Notes: generated by a model from the sequence alone, not told the origin. Numbered from the stretch's first letter, positions 38,687 to 48,031 are shown. The stretch: DNA of 64,000 bases from Alphaproteobacteria bacterium (GCA_017451625.1 JAFTNY010000004.1:2877-66876), one strand, 5' to 3'. Numbers and translations are program-made.

Positions 38687-38754
38687 GTTGTGCTTTTTAT
38701 TCTTTTTCACAGACTGGATTTGTGATATAATTTTGGTCAAAGGAGTTATTAATT

Positions 38755-40089
38755 ATGAAAAAATCATTGTCTTTGTTTGTTGGTTTGTTGGTGGCAATGG
38801 GCGCAGTTAGTGCAGAGGCCGCAACAAACTGGGGTACGCGCGCAGGGTCCAGTGCAGACCTGTCCGGTGCGCCGGCCACACGTACACGTGAAAAAGTTAA
38901 CTATGAAAAATATCAGACACGTACGTTGACCAAAACGTATGAAGCCAAGGATGCAGGTGATTTGTACTATACCAAACCGGCAAATCGCAGCGCGCTGTAT
39001 AAACAGTACGAAGGGGCGAATTCGTCCGCCGCACGTGCAACCAAAACAACCAAACGTACAACACGTTCGGAACAGGTTGTAAATAAAATGCGTCGTAAAT
39101 ATTATTTGGCACATCCGTTCTTTCAGCCGTTGGGCGGGATGTTCGGTTCAATTACGGATTTTTCATATACAATGAATTCGTATGATTTTACAATTAATCA
39201 GACGGTACCTGTGTGGAATCCTTTGGCCGATACGCCGGCATTTCAGTTAGCGTGGAACGGAGCAGGCGGCAAATGGGATATGACACGCTTTGCCGTCAAA
39301 GAAGATTTCAGTTATGGTATTACCGATCGTATTGCGGTGTTGGGTATGCTGGAATACGACATGTCTGATTACAAGTTCGAATGGGATGATGATTCACCAG
39401 ATGATAAAATGGATGACAGTGGTGTGAACTTGTTCGGGTTGGGGGCGCAGTGGCGTTTCGTTGATAACGAAGATTGGATTGCAACCGCCAGTGCATACTT
39501 TCAGCATCAAAAAGATGTATCGAATAATTTCTTGATTGAATTAAAGGGTGGGTACAAGGTATCAAAGTCAACAATTTATGGTTTGGCGCGTGGTTGGTAT
39601 CTGGATCTGGACGGCAATTCATATGGTAATGGTGTCGAAGGTCAGTATCGTTATGAATTAGATGGCAAGATATATTCTGGTGATGCCATGATGTATATCC
39701 CATATCAGGTGGGCGACAGCAATGTAATGTATCTGGAGGCAGGACTGGGGGTATTCAGCGTCTTGAACGAAGATTGGACATTGAATGTAGAAGGTCTGTT
39801 TGGGAATTATGATTGGCATAATCAGGCGTCAATCAAGGGGGCAATCGGTTGGCAGCCAAATGATTGGTTCGCATTGAATCTGTATGTCAAGACTGCGTTC
39901 TATGACAGTGCAGATGGTAAGGAATTAGATTTCTATTGGAAAGAAACGCCAGTTTTATTGTCTGATGGTACATATTTGCCACAACTGGAAGATGGAAAAT
40001 ATATGACTGATTTAACCCAGTTAGGTACAGTAAAATTAGATAACTATGCCGAAACGTCGATTGGGGTGCAGGCGATATTCCAGTTCTAG
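38755..40089 (+). CDS. outer-membrane beta-barrel protein (unknown family)
   Basis: Signal peptide ending VSAEA-AT, alternating beta-strand pattern and a C-terminal GVQAIFQF. Confidence 0.7.
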   Translation: MKKSLSLFVGLLVAMGAVSAEAATNWGTRAGSSADLSGAPATRTREKVNYEKYQTRTLTKTYEAKDAGDLYYTKPANRSALYKQYEGANSSAARATKTTKRTTRSEQVVNKMRRKYYLAHPFFQPLGGMFGSITDFSYTMNSYDFTINQTVPVWNPLADTPAFQLAWNGAGGKWDMTRFAVKEDFSYGITDRIAVLGMLEYDMSDYKFEWDDDSPDDKMDDSGVNLFGLGAQWRFVDNEDWIATASAYFQHQKDVSNNFLIELKGGYKVSKSTIYGLARGWYLDLDGNSYGNGVEGQYRYELDGKIYSGDAMMYIPYQVGDSNVMYLEAGLGVFSVLNEDWTLNVEGLFGNYDWHNQASIKGAIGWQPNDWFALNLYVKTAFYDSADGKELDFYWKETPVLLSDGTYLPQLEDGKYMTDLTQLGTVKLDNYAETSIGVQAIFQF

Positions 40090-40108
40090 TGTGTTATTGT
40101 TTGGTTGA

Positions 40109-40140
40109 TTTGCCCCCGATGTTAGGGGGCAAACTTTATT
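40109..40140 (+). terminator. intrinsic terminator
   Basis: TTTGCCCCC-GATGTTA-GGGGGCAAA hairpin followed by CTTTATT. Confidence 0.6.
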
Positions 40141-40164
40141 AAGTTGAGAGATAGGGGGGATTCT

Positions 40165-40902
40165 ATGCGGAAATTTTTGTTGTCGGCGGTTTTGGCAATG
40201 TGGGCAGTTGTGCCATGTGGCGCGCGTGCAAATGATTTGGTACATGATACATCGGATCCATTGTTCTTGCAGGCCACAGAAGAGATATTGTCCCAATCGT
40301 CAATTACATATTGGGATCATATTTTGCGAGCCGGCCAATCTGTGTCGTATGGTTTGAATTCGCGGCTGGCAGTTGGTGCGAATGTTAATTATCAACACGA
40401 TTTTAATGGCGATGAAGATGGTTTTGCTGCGATTGATGTTGGTGGTATATATCGTATGTCGGGTCCAGATGATAACGATTCGAATATAATATCAGATGTT
40501 TTGTTTGGGTTTAAGTTCGGGGGCAGTTCGCATGTGCGTACGCCGGATTATGCGGATTCTACATACTATGTGGGTTTGCGTTTAGGACGGCAATGGATGG
40601 GGATGACGTTGGCGGCGACTGTAAAATCAACATGGGTTTTTGATGATGAACGTGGTGTTGCGTTTTTGGACTTTACACCAGAGGCGTATTTTCGTACCGC
40701 CCCAGACTGGCGCATTGGTACCGGTTTGACCATTCGCAAGGCAACACACAAAGATCGGTTTTATAATACCGACTATGACCAAGAATGGTTGCATTTCAAG
40801 GTTGTTCGTCAATATGGTCGCACCCAATACATTGGGCATGTGGACTTTGAATTTGAATCAGATGATGCACAGGTTGGGGCGCGTATCAACATTCTGTTCT
40901 AA
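40165..40902 (+). CDS. outer-membrane beta-barrel protein, shorter paralog of 38755-40089
   Basis: Signal peptide MRKFLLSAVLAMWAVVPCGARA. Shared motifs DPLFLQ and SYGLNSRLAV, and a C-terminal RINILF. Confidence 0.65.
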   Translation: MRKFLLSAVLAMWAVVPCGARANDLVHDTSDPLFLQATEEILSQSSITYWDHILRAGQSVSYGLNSRLAVGANVNYQHDFNGDEDGFAAIDVGGIYRMSGPDDNDSNIISDVLFGFKFGGSSHVRTPDYADSTYYVGLRLGRQWMGMTLAATVKSTWVFDDERGVAFLDFTPEAYFRTAPDWRIGTGLTIRKATHKDRFYNTDYDQEWLHFKVVRQYGRTQYIGHVDFEFESDDAQVGARINILF

Positions 40903-40903
40903 A

Positions 40904-41030
40904 AAATAAAATCTAATGGCATATCTGTGGGCGGGACCGGCAACTTATGTAGCGTTTGTACACTGCACTGGCGGGTTTGCGCGCATCTATACCATTATCT
41001 TTTATTTTTTACACAGCAAGGGGCTGGGTG
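40904..41030 (+). repeat. MITE/REP-like palindromic element, locus 5 (chimeric alpha-left / beta-right)
   Basis: The left half matches loci 1 and 4, and the right half is identical to locus 2. The two half-stems do not pair with each other. Confidence 0.85.
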
Positions 41031-41085
41031 GCTTTTGTTGTTTTGTTTGACAAAATAAAATATTTGTGTTATGTTTTCTGGCGTT

Positions 41086-42051
41086 ATGCAAGAAAAAATT
41101 ATTTTCGTTTTTCCAGGGCAGGGTGCGCAATACGTTGGTATGGGCGCGGATGTTTTTCATGAATTTGCGTCGGCACGATATGTTTTTGAACAGGTGTCAG
41201 ATATTGCAAAGCGTGATATTGCGAAACTGTGTTTCAATGGTTCGCAAACAGAATTAAACCAGCCAGAAAATACTTCTTTGGCAACGTTTGCACATTCTGT
41301 TGCGATTGCGAATGTTATTGAAAGTGAATTTGGTATGCCGTTGTACAATATTGCATATGCAATGGCGGGGCATTCAATGGGGCAGTATTCTGCCCTGAAT
41401 TGCGTGGGCAGTATGCAGATGACCGATGCGGTGCAGATGTTGGCGGCACGTGCAACATATATGCAGGATGTTGCAGGGGCAGGTGGTATGGCGGCGATTG
41501 TTGGTTTGCCCAAGGATGTGGTGGATCAATGTATGGTTGCAGCCGCGGGGCATGGTTATGTTCAAATTTCAAATCATAATGCGCGTGATCAATTTATTAT
41601 CAGTGGGCATAATGCTGCGCTGGACGCGGTGGTGGCGGCGGCGCAAAAACAGGGCGCGCGTATTGCAAAGCGTTTGAATATCGCTGTGCCGGCACACTGT
41701 GCATTGATGAGTGGTGCAGAAAAATTGATGCGTACGCGTATGGAAAGTATTCAGTTTGATGCCCCAAAAACAAATTGGTATTCAAATCAGACGGCCAACT
41801 TTATGTCAAATCCGCGTGATGTGCGTGATGCACTGTGTAATCAGATGACGCATGGGGTGCGGTGGTTGGAAATTATGGAATCTTTTCCAACATATAATAT
41901 CACACACAGTTATGAATTGGGCCCAGGGCGGACGTTGTCAGGACTGATTAAACGGGCAGGGGTCGGTTGTGCCGCGCGACATACAGATTCGTTGGGGAAT
42001 GTGCGTGTGGTGTTGCGTGAAATTGGAGAACTGATGGTCAAGGCGCGTTAA
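41086..42051 (+). CDS. fabD: ACP S-malonyltransferase
   Basis: IFVFPGQGAQYVGMG and active-site GHSMGQYSAL. Confidence 0.93.
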   Translation: MQEKIIFVFPGQGAQYVGMGADVFHEFASARYVFEQVSDIAKRDIAKLCFNGSQTELNQPENTSLATFAHSVAIANVIESEFGMPLYNIAYAMAGHSMGQYSALNCVGSMQMTDAVQMLAARATYMQDVAGAGGMAAIVGLPKDVVDQCMVAAAGHGYVQISNHNARDQFIISGHNAALDAVVAAAQKQGARIAKRLNIAVPAHCALMSGAEKLMRTRMESIQFDAPKTNWYSNQTANFMSNPRDVRDALCNQMTHGVRWLEIMESFPTYNITHSYELGPGRTLSGLIKRAGVGCAARHTDSLGNVRVVLREIGELMVKAR

Positions 42052-42059
42052 AAACGACA

Positions 42060-43328
42060 TCAGTTTTTATTCATTTTGTTTCGCAGGGATTCCCAGTATT
42101 CCAGACGCTTTTTTATTTCGCGTTCAAATCCGCGTTCGACCGGTTCATAGAACTTTACGCGGCCCATCGATTCGGGGAAACAGTTTTGACCAGAAAATCC
42201 CGTTGCGGTATCTGGGTCATAGATGTATCCGGCGTTGTAGCCCAAATTTTTCATCATTTTTGTTGGGGCGTTTAGTATGTTCTTGGGCGGCATTAAAGAG
42301 CCGGTTTCGCGGGCGCAGGCGTATGCGGCCTTTTGCGCGCGATAGTTGCCAATACTTTTTGGTGCAGTACCCAAATAGATAACCAGTTGGGTCAGGGCCA
42401 AATCCCCTTCGGGGCTGCCCAGTCGTTCGTATGCAGACCATGCGGCGATTGCAACCTGTAATGCGTTGGGGTCGGCCAGTCCGACATCTTCGACCGCAAA
42501 GCGTGTAAGACGGCGAAATATGTACATCGGATCCTGACCGGATGTCATCATGCGGGCCGTCCAATAAAGGGCGGCATCTGTATCACTGGCACGCAGGGAT
42601 TTGTGTACCGCAGATATTAAATTATAATGTTCATCGCCATGCTTGTCTGACAGGGGCGCGCGCTTTTGTACGGCGGAATCCAACGTGTCGGGCGATAAAG
42701 GTTTTTTGAAATTTGCATTGAACAGGTATTCAACTGTGTTCAATAAAAATCGGGCATCACCATCGGCCATCTGGGCCAAGTGGATTCGTGCAGCATCGTC
42801 CAGTGGTAATTTTTTATTCGTAAATTCTTCGGCACGTGTCATCAAGGTTAACAAGTCTTCGGTAGACAGGGGCTGTAATACCCCGATATGACAGCGTGAT
42901 AATAATGCGTTGTTTAAATTAAAACTGGGGTTTTCAGTGGTTGCGCCCATGAAAACGACGGTGCCGTCTTCTAAATATGGCAACAATGTGTCCTGTTGCG
43001 TTTTGTTAAAGCGATGGATTTCATCAATAAATAATAAAGTGGCGCGCCCAATGTCGCGGTTCATACGGGCGGCATCCATTGCCTTTTTAATGTCGGCGGT
43101 GCCAGAAAATACCGCAGACATCGGGACAAAGTCCATGTCAACAGAATTTGCCAATGCGCGTGCGATTGTGGTTTTGCCGCACCCTGGGGGGCCCCACAAA
43201 ATTAAATTAGATAATTTTTTGTTGTCGACCATGCGACGAACCAGACCGTTTTCGCCCAACAGTGTTGTTTGACCCACGACATCGTTAATCGTGTTTGGAC
43301 GCATTAAATCGGCAAGTGGTCGTGTCAT
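42060..43328 (-). CDS. rarA: replication-associated recombination protein A (AAA+ ATPase)
   Basis: LADLMRPNTINDVVGQ, LWGPPGCGKTT and FIDEIHRFNK, plus the MgsA C-terminal domain. Confidence 0.93.
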   Translation of the reverse strand: MTRPLADLMRPNTINDVVGQTTLLGENGLVRRMVDNKKLSNLILWGPPGCGKTTIARALANSVDMDFVPMSAVFSGTADIKKAMDAARMNRDIGRATLLFIDEIHRFNKTQQDTLLPYLEDGTVVFMGATTENPSFNLNNALLSRCHIGVLQPLSTEDLLTLMTRAEEFTNKKLPLDDAARIHLAQMADGDARFLLNTVEYLFNANFKKPLSPDTLDSAVQKRAPLSDKHGDEHYNLISAVHKSLRASDTDAALYWTARMMTSGQDPMYIFRRLTRFAVEDVGLADPNALQVAIAAWSAYERLGSPEGDLALTQLVIYLGTAPKSIGNYRAQKAAYACARETGSLMPPKNILNAPTKMMKNLGYNAGYIYDPDTATGFSGQNCFPESMGRVKFYEPVERGFEREIKKRLEYWESLRNKMNKN

Positions 43329-43401
43329 GATTTTACTTGGCTTTTATTTAATCTTTATTTGTGGTATAATCATTGTATTAAATTGTAAAGGAATTGGCAA
43401 G

Positions 43402-43758
43402 TTGGTAAATAAAAATTCTGAATTTACGTTGGCGGTGGCGAATTTGGCCGCGGCGGCGATTTCGGCAAATCCATCCCTGACGATGGAGACCGCCGTTCAA
43501 CATGCACGTGAAATTTTGCGTGGCACATCAATCACACCGCAGCAAATCGAAGATTCTGTGCAGCCAGATAAAATTCAATGTCTAGAAGATGGAACATGGC
43601 ATGTGATGTTGCGACGCTATATCAAGCGCAGATTTAACATGACCCCAGAACAATATCGGGCAAAGTGGGGGTTGCCGGATGATTATCCGTTTGTGGCACC
43701 GGCATATGCGCGCAAGCGTTCGAAAATCGCCAAGAAAACAGGTTTGGGCAAGAGGTGA
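43402..43758 (+). CDS. MucR/Ros family transcriptional regulator (His zinc ligands absent)
   Basis: IQCLEDGTWHVMLRRYIKRRFNMTPEQYRAKWGLPDDYPFVAPAYARKRSKIAKKTGLG. A TTG start at 43402 after an AAAGGA Shine-Dalgarno sequence is proposed, because the track's 5' extension overlaps rarA. Confidence 0.75.
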   Translation: MVNKNSEFTLAVANLAAAAISANPSLTMETAVQHAREILRGTSITPQQIEDSVQPDKIQCLEDGTWHVMLRRYIKRRFNMTPEQYRAKWGLPDDYPFVAPAYARKRSKIAKKTGLGKR

Positions 43759-43763
43759 TTGTT

Positions 43764-45749
43764 ATGGCACAACAAAAGAATAAAACAACGCGTGTGCAAC
43801 GTATGGGAAATGGCCCAAGATTTGTTGCAGATAAATTTAAAAGTGGCCGTCAGGTTGTTGCCAAATGGCAGGTGCCTGATACAGCACATATAAATGAATT
43901 GCTGGTAGATGGCAAGTTGGATTTAAAAAAACTGGGCGTATGGATTAAAGAAAACGCACAGGTCGGGGCCAAGGTGTCTGGGGTTGGATTGCTGTGGATT
44001 ATGGAATATCTGACGCGTTTGCTGAATGTTGTGTTGATTGATAATGTTGCGTTGCGTGCGATGGAACGGGGAATAGGAAACAAGAAAACACGCGTGGCCG
44101 GCCAAGGAAAGGGCAGCAAGGTTTATGCAGGGCTATCAAATGCGATAAAGAAAAATCCTGCGGTGGCATCTTATGTTGTGTACTATGCCATGATGGTTGG
44201 TGTGTTGATTGGTGGGCGTGCGTTGGTTCAGGAAAATGATAAGGATGAACCAGATGCACCAAAACAAGAAGTAAAGATAGAAGATAAGAAGGAAGATGTA
44301 GCAACAGAAGCGATTTCGACGGTGGATTCTGTTGATTTGATAGAGTCGACGGCAGATCTGCAGACGATTAGTCCAGAGGATGCACAGTTTGCAAAGCAAG
44401 CGTTGGCGGAATATTGGCCAGAGATTGCAGTTGGATTGACAGAATTGGAAACATATCGGGCATCGCCAAAACGTCATGGCAGTGAATCGCGTGAAACAAA
44501 TGGACTGGGGTGTACGTGGACGTATACGTATGATAGTGCAGGGCGGTTGCATAGAAAGGCAAATGCACTGGGGCAGACAAAGACGCGTGATAAGGCAGGG
44601 AACTATGAACAGTGTAAACGGCATTTGTTGTATGAAACATTGCCGGCATTAAAACAGGCAACGTTGAATCAGCAAAATATTGGTGCGCAGCAGGCGGTTG
44701 CCTTGGTTATGGCGGGTTATCAAAGACCGGCAGATATGAAGGAAATTGCCCGACGTATTTCAAATGCACAGACTGTACAGCAGTTGGCAGATGCTTTTTC
44801 GTATTATCCAGGGGCCGAAACGTGGCGTGAAGGGACATTAAAGCGTCGGTGGTGGTGCGCGGCATATGCGATTGGTGTGATTTCTGCAGAAGATTTCTTG
44901 GGATTGCCGCGTGATGCATTTTCAAAGATAAATATAAATAATGTATACAGAAATGGACATTTTCTGTTTGGGACCGAGACGATTGAATATGCATTGAATC
45001 GTGCGCGAATGGGTGAAAAGTCAAGCGTTAAAACATTTTTGTCAGACTTTGATGAAGGGAAAAATATCTTGGCGCAGGTCAGTGCAGGACAGGCAGAGAG
45101 AACAAGTTTAGATTTAGCGGTAGAACAGCAGACGGCGCAAGATGTTCAGATAGAAGGTTCAATGAAAAAGTTGAATGATGCAGATAAGGCATTTGCGGCA
45201 GGAAAGTATCAGCAGGCGGCGGATTTGTATTTGGCGGCGATTGAGACTGATGCAGATAATATGGAGGCCTATAGTTCTTTGGCGTTGGCATATAAGAAGT
45301 TGGGGGATGAGAATAAGTCGATTCAATATTATGAAAAATGTGTGCAGGCGGTCAAAGATGGAAATGCACGTATGAATGCGAACAAGGCGTTGCTGCTGGA
45401 TCGTGATGTTAAGGCATCTTCGTATTATAATGCAGGGTTGGCGCGTGAAGAGATGGGTAAGATTTATCAGGGGCAGGGTAATGTTGCGCTGGCACGCAGG
45501 AATTATGACTTGGCGGCAAAGAATTATAAAACAGCGTTGGAAAATGCACAGATGGATGACTTGGGTGATGCCAGAAAGCAGACGTATCAAAAGGCGATTA
45601 ATCGTGTGCAGCAACAAATGCAATCTTTGCCACAGAGTGGTGGTAAAAAGAAAACGGCGTTTAATTCTGGGGTGCAGCAGTTGCGTCAGAAAAATGCAAA
45701 ACGCGATATTTTCTTGTATGGGAAAGAGTTTGATGGGAACCTAGCATAG
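43764..45749 (+). CDS. membrane-anchored protein with a possible lysozyme-like middle region and C-terminal TPR repeats (unknown function)
   Basis: Two hydrophobic segments near the N-terminus. TPR-like AADLYLAAIETDADNMEAYSSLALAYKKLGD and NYDLAAKNYKTALE. The ATG at 43764 follows an AGAGG Shine-Dalgarno sequence. Confidence 0.6.
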   Translation: MAQQKNKTTRVQRMGNGPRFVADKFKSGRQVVAKWQVPDTAHINELLVDGKLDLKKLGVWIKENAQVGAKVSGVGLLWIMEYLTRLLNVVLIDNVALRAMERGIGNKKTRVAGQGKGSKVYAGLSNAIKKNPAVASYVVYYAMMVGVLIGGRALVQENDKDEPDAPKQEVKIEDKKEDVATEAISTVDSVDLIESTADLQTISPEDAQFAKQALAEYWPEIAVGLTELETYRASPKRHGSESRETNGLGCTWTYTYDSAGRLHRKANALGQTKTRDKAGNYEQCKRHLLYETLPALKQATLNQQNIGAQQAVALVMAGYQRPADMKEIARRISNAQTVQQLADAFSYYPGAETWREGTLKRRWWCAAYAIGVISAEDFLGLPRDAFSKININNVYRNGHFLFGTETIEYALNRARMGEKSSVKTFLSDFDEGKNILAQVSAGQAERTSLDLAVEQQTAQDVQIEGSMKKLNDADKAFAAGKYQQAADLYLAAIETDADNMEAYSSLALAYKKLGDENKSIQYYEKCVQAVKDGNARMNANKALLLDRDVKASSYYNAGLAREEMGKIYQGQGNVALARRNYDLAAKNYKTALENAQMDDLGDARKQTYQKAINRVQQQMQSLPQSGGKKKTAFNSGVQQLRQKNAKRDIFLYGKEFDGNLA

Positions 45750-45760
45750 GTGTATGAGAT

Positions 45761-47770
45761 ATGAAAGTATATATTGATGTTCATGATAAGCGGTGGAATA
45801 AGTATAAAGTTGATTTTGAAAAAATCGCCAATACGGCGGTTGGCGCCGTATACAAGCATGCCGAGGTGTCAATAATTCTGACAAATGATGCGGAAATTCA
45901 TGAGATAAACAAGACCTATCGCAATGTTGATAAGCCAACAAATGTTTTATCTTTTGAATTGGGTGATGATGTTTTGTTGGGGGATATTTATATATCGTTG
46001 GATACTGTTCGGGCCGAGGCCGCGGCCGCCAAAATCCCAGTTGAACATCATGTGGCACATATGGTGGTGCATGGGGTCTTGCATTTAACAGGACATGATC
46101 ATATTACAGATGACGAAGCGGCGGTTATGGAATTTAAAGAGATAAAGGCGTTGAAAAAAATGGGAATAAAAAATCCATATCAAGACGAAAATGAATTTAT
46201 GTGTGCAGACGGCAGTTGTTGCCCTGCGGGACGCATAGTTGCGTTGTGGCAACGTTGCAGGGTTCGTGAAAACAGTTTTTGGCAATATGCGTTGTATGCG
46301 CTGTTTGGGGCGATTGCCAGTTTGGGATTTGCGCCGTTCTATCAATGGTGGTGGACATTGATTGGTGTTGGTGGGGCGTATTGGTTGACAGTGCGCAATA
46401 ATAATATAGGCGGTTTTTGGAAATCGTTGGGGCGGGTTGCGCCATTTGGGGCAGCGTATGCGGTGTCAATGTTTTGGTGGACATTGCATTCTATTTATGT
46501 GGTGCCGGAATTGGCGCAACAATTTGCAATCTGGACCGCGCCAGCGTTGATTGGTTTGGCGTTGGCAGGCGTGTTGATTTTTTCATGGCCCTTGGTCGCC
46601 ATTGCACAAAAACGTATGGTGGGGTGTGTGGCGCGTGTTTTTATTTTCGCAGGTGTGTGGACTTTGGTTTTATGGGCACGTGAATGGATGTTTACAGGTT
46701 TCCCTTGGAATCCGATTGCGAATATTGCGATGCCGTTTCCAATTCTTGCAAATTCAATGTCGCTGTGGGGGGCGTTGGGTTTAAGTTTTGTAATCGTTGG
46801 GGGAATTGCAACACTGGTTGAAGTTATGCGTGCATTGCGGTGCAAGGCAGGGTGGTTGATGCTGGGGCTGTGGATTGTGTTGATGGGTATTGGCGCATGG
46901 TATGGCCAGCATAATATGCAGGTCAGTGATGTTGGCGCGGATGATAAAAATGTGATGTTGCGCATTGTGCAACCTGCAATGTCGCAGTCGCAAAAGGCTA
47001 CACACAATCGGGCGCAGGCATTGGAATATGCAGAATATAATATGCGAAATTTGTTAAGTTTGGCCAGTGGCGCAGGTGATGCAGATGTCATAATTTATCC
47101 AGAAACAACGTATCCATATGTTGTGCTGAACGATGATAATATTGCGTTGGCCAGAATGTTGGGGCGGCCGATTGTTATGGGTGCAACAACGTTTGGTGAT
47201 GGCGGTCTGTTTAATTCAATGGTTGTGGTAAATTCTGATGGTGGGATTCAACAGGTATACAGTAAATCACATCTTGTGCCGTTTGGTGAATATCGGCCGT
47301 TTGGTGTTTTTCCGGCACCTGTGAATTTGACGGCAGGCGATGGGCCAACAGTTTTAGAAGTTGGGGGATTTGTTTTCGCACCGGCAATTTGTTATGAGGT
47401 GATATTTTCTGATTCGTTGTTGCCAGATATGGCACCGGAAAATTTGAATGCGATTGTTAATATCACAAATGATACGTGGTTTGGTGAAACATCTGGAACG
47501 TATCAGCATTTAGATATGGTGCGGCGTTATGCAATCGAATCGGGGTTGCCGATTGTGCGTGCGAACTATTCCGGAATCAGTGCGTTCGTTGGTGCAGATG
47601 GTGCGGTTATATCCAGTTTGCCGATTGGGGTTGCAGGTGTGTTGGATGGATTTGTGTGGGGGGCGCATCAAACACCATATCGTGTTATTGGATTAAATGG
47701 ATGGATGATGATTGTTTTGTTGTTTGCATCAATGTGTATAATGATTGGTGTAAAAACGGATGAACGTTAA
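45761..47770 (+). CDS. in-frame fusion of endoribonuclease YbeY and apolipoprotein N-acyltransferase Lnt
   Basis: aa 1-140 form a YbeY domain (HGVLHLTGHDH). aa ~165-669 form Lnt, with 8 TM segments and CN-hydrolase triad contexts YPETT, SKSHLVPFGEY and ICYEVIF. There is no stop codon between the two parts. Confidence 0.85.
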   Translation: MKVYIDVHDKRWNKYKVDFEKIANTAVGAVYKHAEVSIILTNDAEIHEINKTYRNVDKPTNVLSFELGDDVLLGDIYISLDTVRAEAAAAKIPVEHHVAHMVVHGVLHLTGHDHITDDEAAVMEFKEIKALKKMGIKNPYQDENEFMCADGSCCPAGRIVALWQRCRVRENSFWQYALYALFGAIASLGFAPFYQWWWTLIGVGGAYWLTVRNNNIGGFWKSLGRVAPFGAAYAVSMFWWTLHSIYVVPELAQQFAIWTAPALIGLALAGVLIFSWPLVAIAQKRMVGCVARVFIFAGVWTLVLWAREWMFTGFPWNPIANIAMPFPILANSMSLWGALGLSFVIVGGIATLVEVMRALRCKAGWLMLGLWIVLMGIGAWYGQHNMQVSDVGADDKNVMLRIVQPAMSQSQKATHNRAQALEYAEYNMRNLLSLASGAGDADVIIYPETTYPYVVLNDDNIALARMLGRPIVMGATTFGDGGLFNSMVVVNSDGGIQQVYSKSHLVPFGEYRPFGVFPAPVNLTAGDGPTVLEVGGFVFAPAICYEVIFSDSLLPDMAPENLNAIVNITNDTWFGETSGTYQHLDMVRRYAIESGLPIVRANYSGISAFVGADGAVISSLPIGVAGVLDGFVWGAHQTPYRVIGLNGWMMIVLLFASMCIMIGVKTDER

Positions 47771-47771
47771 G

Positions 47772-47796
47772 AAAACCGCCGTATAGGCGGTTTTTT
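47772..47796. terminator. bidirectional intrinsic terminator
   Basis: AAAACCGCC-GTATA-GGCGGTTTTTT, between convergent lnt and the RHH gene. Confidence 0.8.
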
Positions 47797-48013
47797 AATT
47801 TTGTGCAATTCGTAAAATCATCTGGTTTAAAACCCAGACGCGTACCGCCGAAGATAGGTTCGTGTTTGCGGGACGTGATTCGTCGATTTCATTTATTATT
47901 GTTGCAATGGGTTTGCCGGCGCGTGCCGCCAACGCGTGCAGGGCATCGATGAATTCTGGTTCCAGTGTGATGCTGGTTTGGTGGCCTGATAAAGATACGG
48001 ACAGTTTTTTCAT
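47795..48013 (-). CDS. ribbon-helix-helix protein (RHH_4-like)
   Basis: 72 aa. KKLSVSLSGHQTSITLEPEFIDALHALAARAGKPIATIINEID...NLSSAVRVWVL. Confidence 0.7.
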   Translation of the reverse strand: MKKLSVSLSGHQTSITLEPEFIDALHALAARAGKPIATIINEIDESRPANTNLSSAVRVWVLNQMILRIAQN

Positions 48014-48031
48014 TTGATTTTATTTGCTGTG

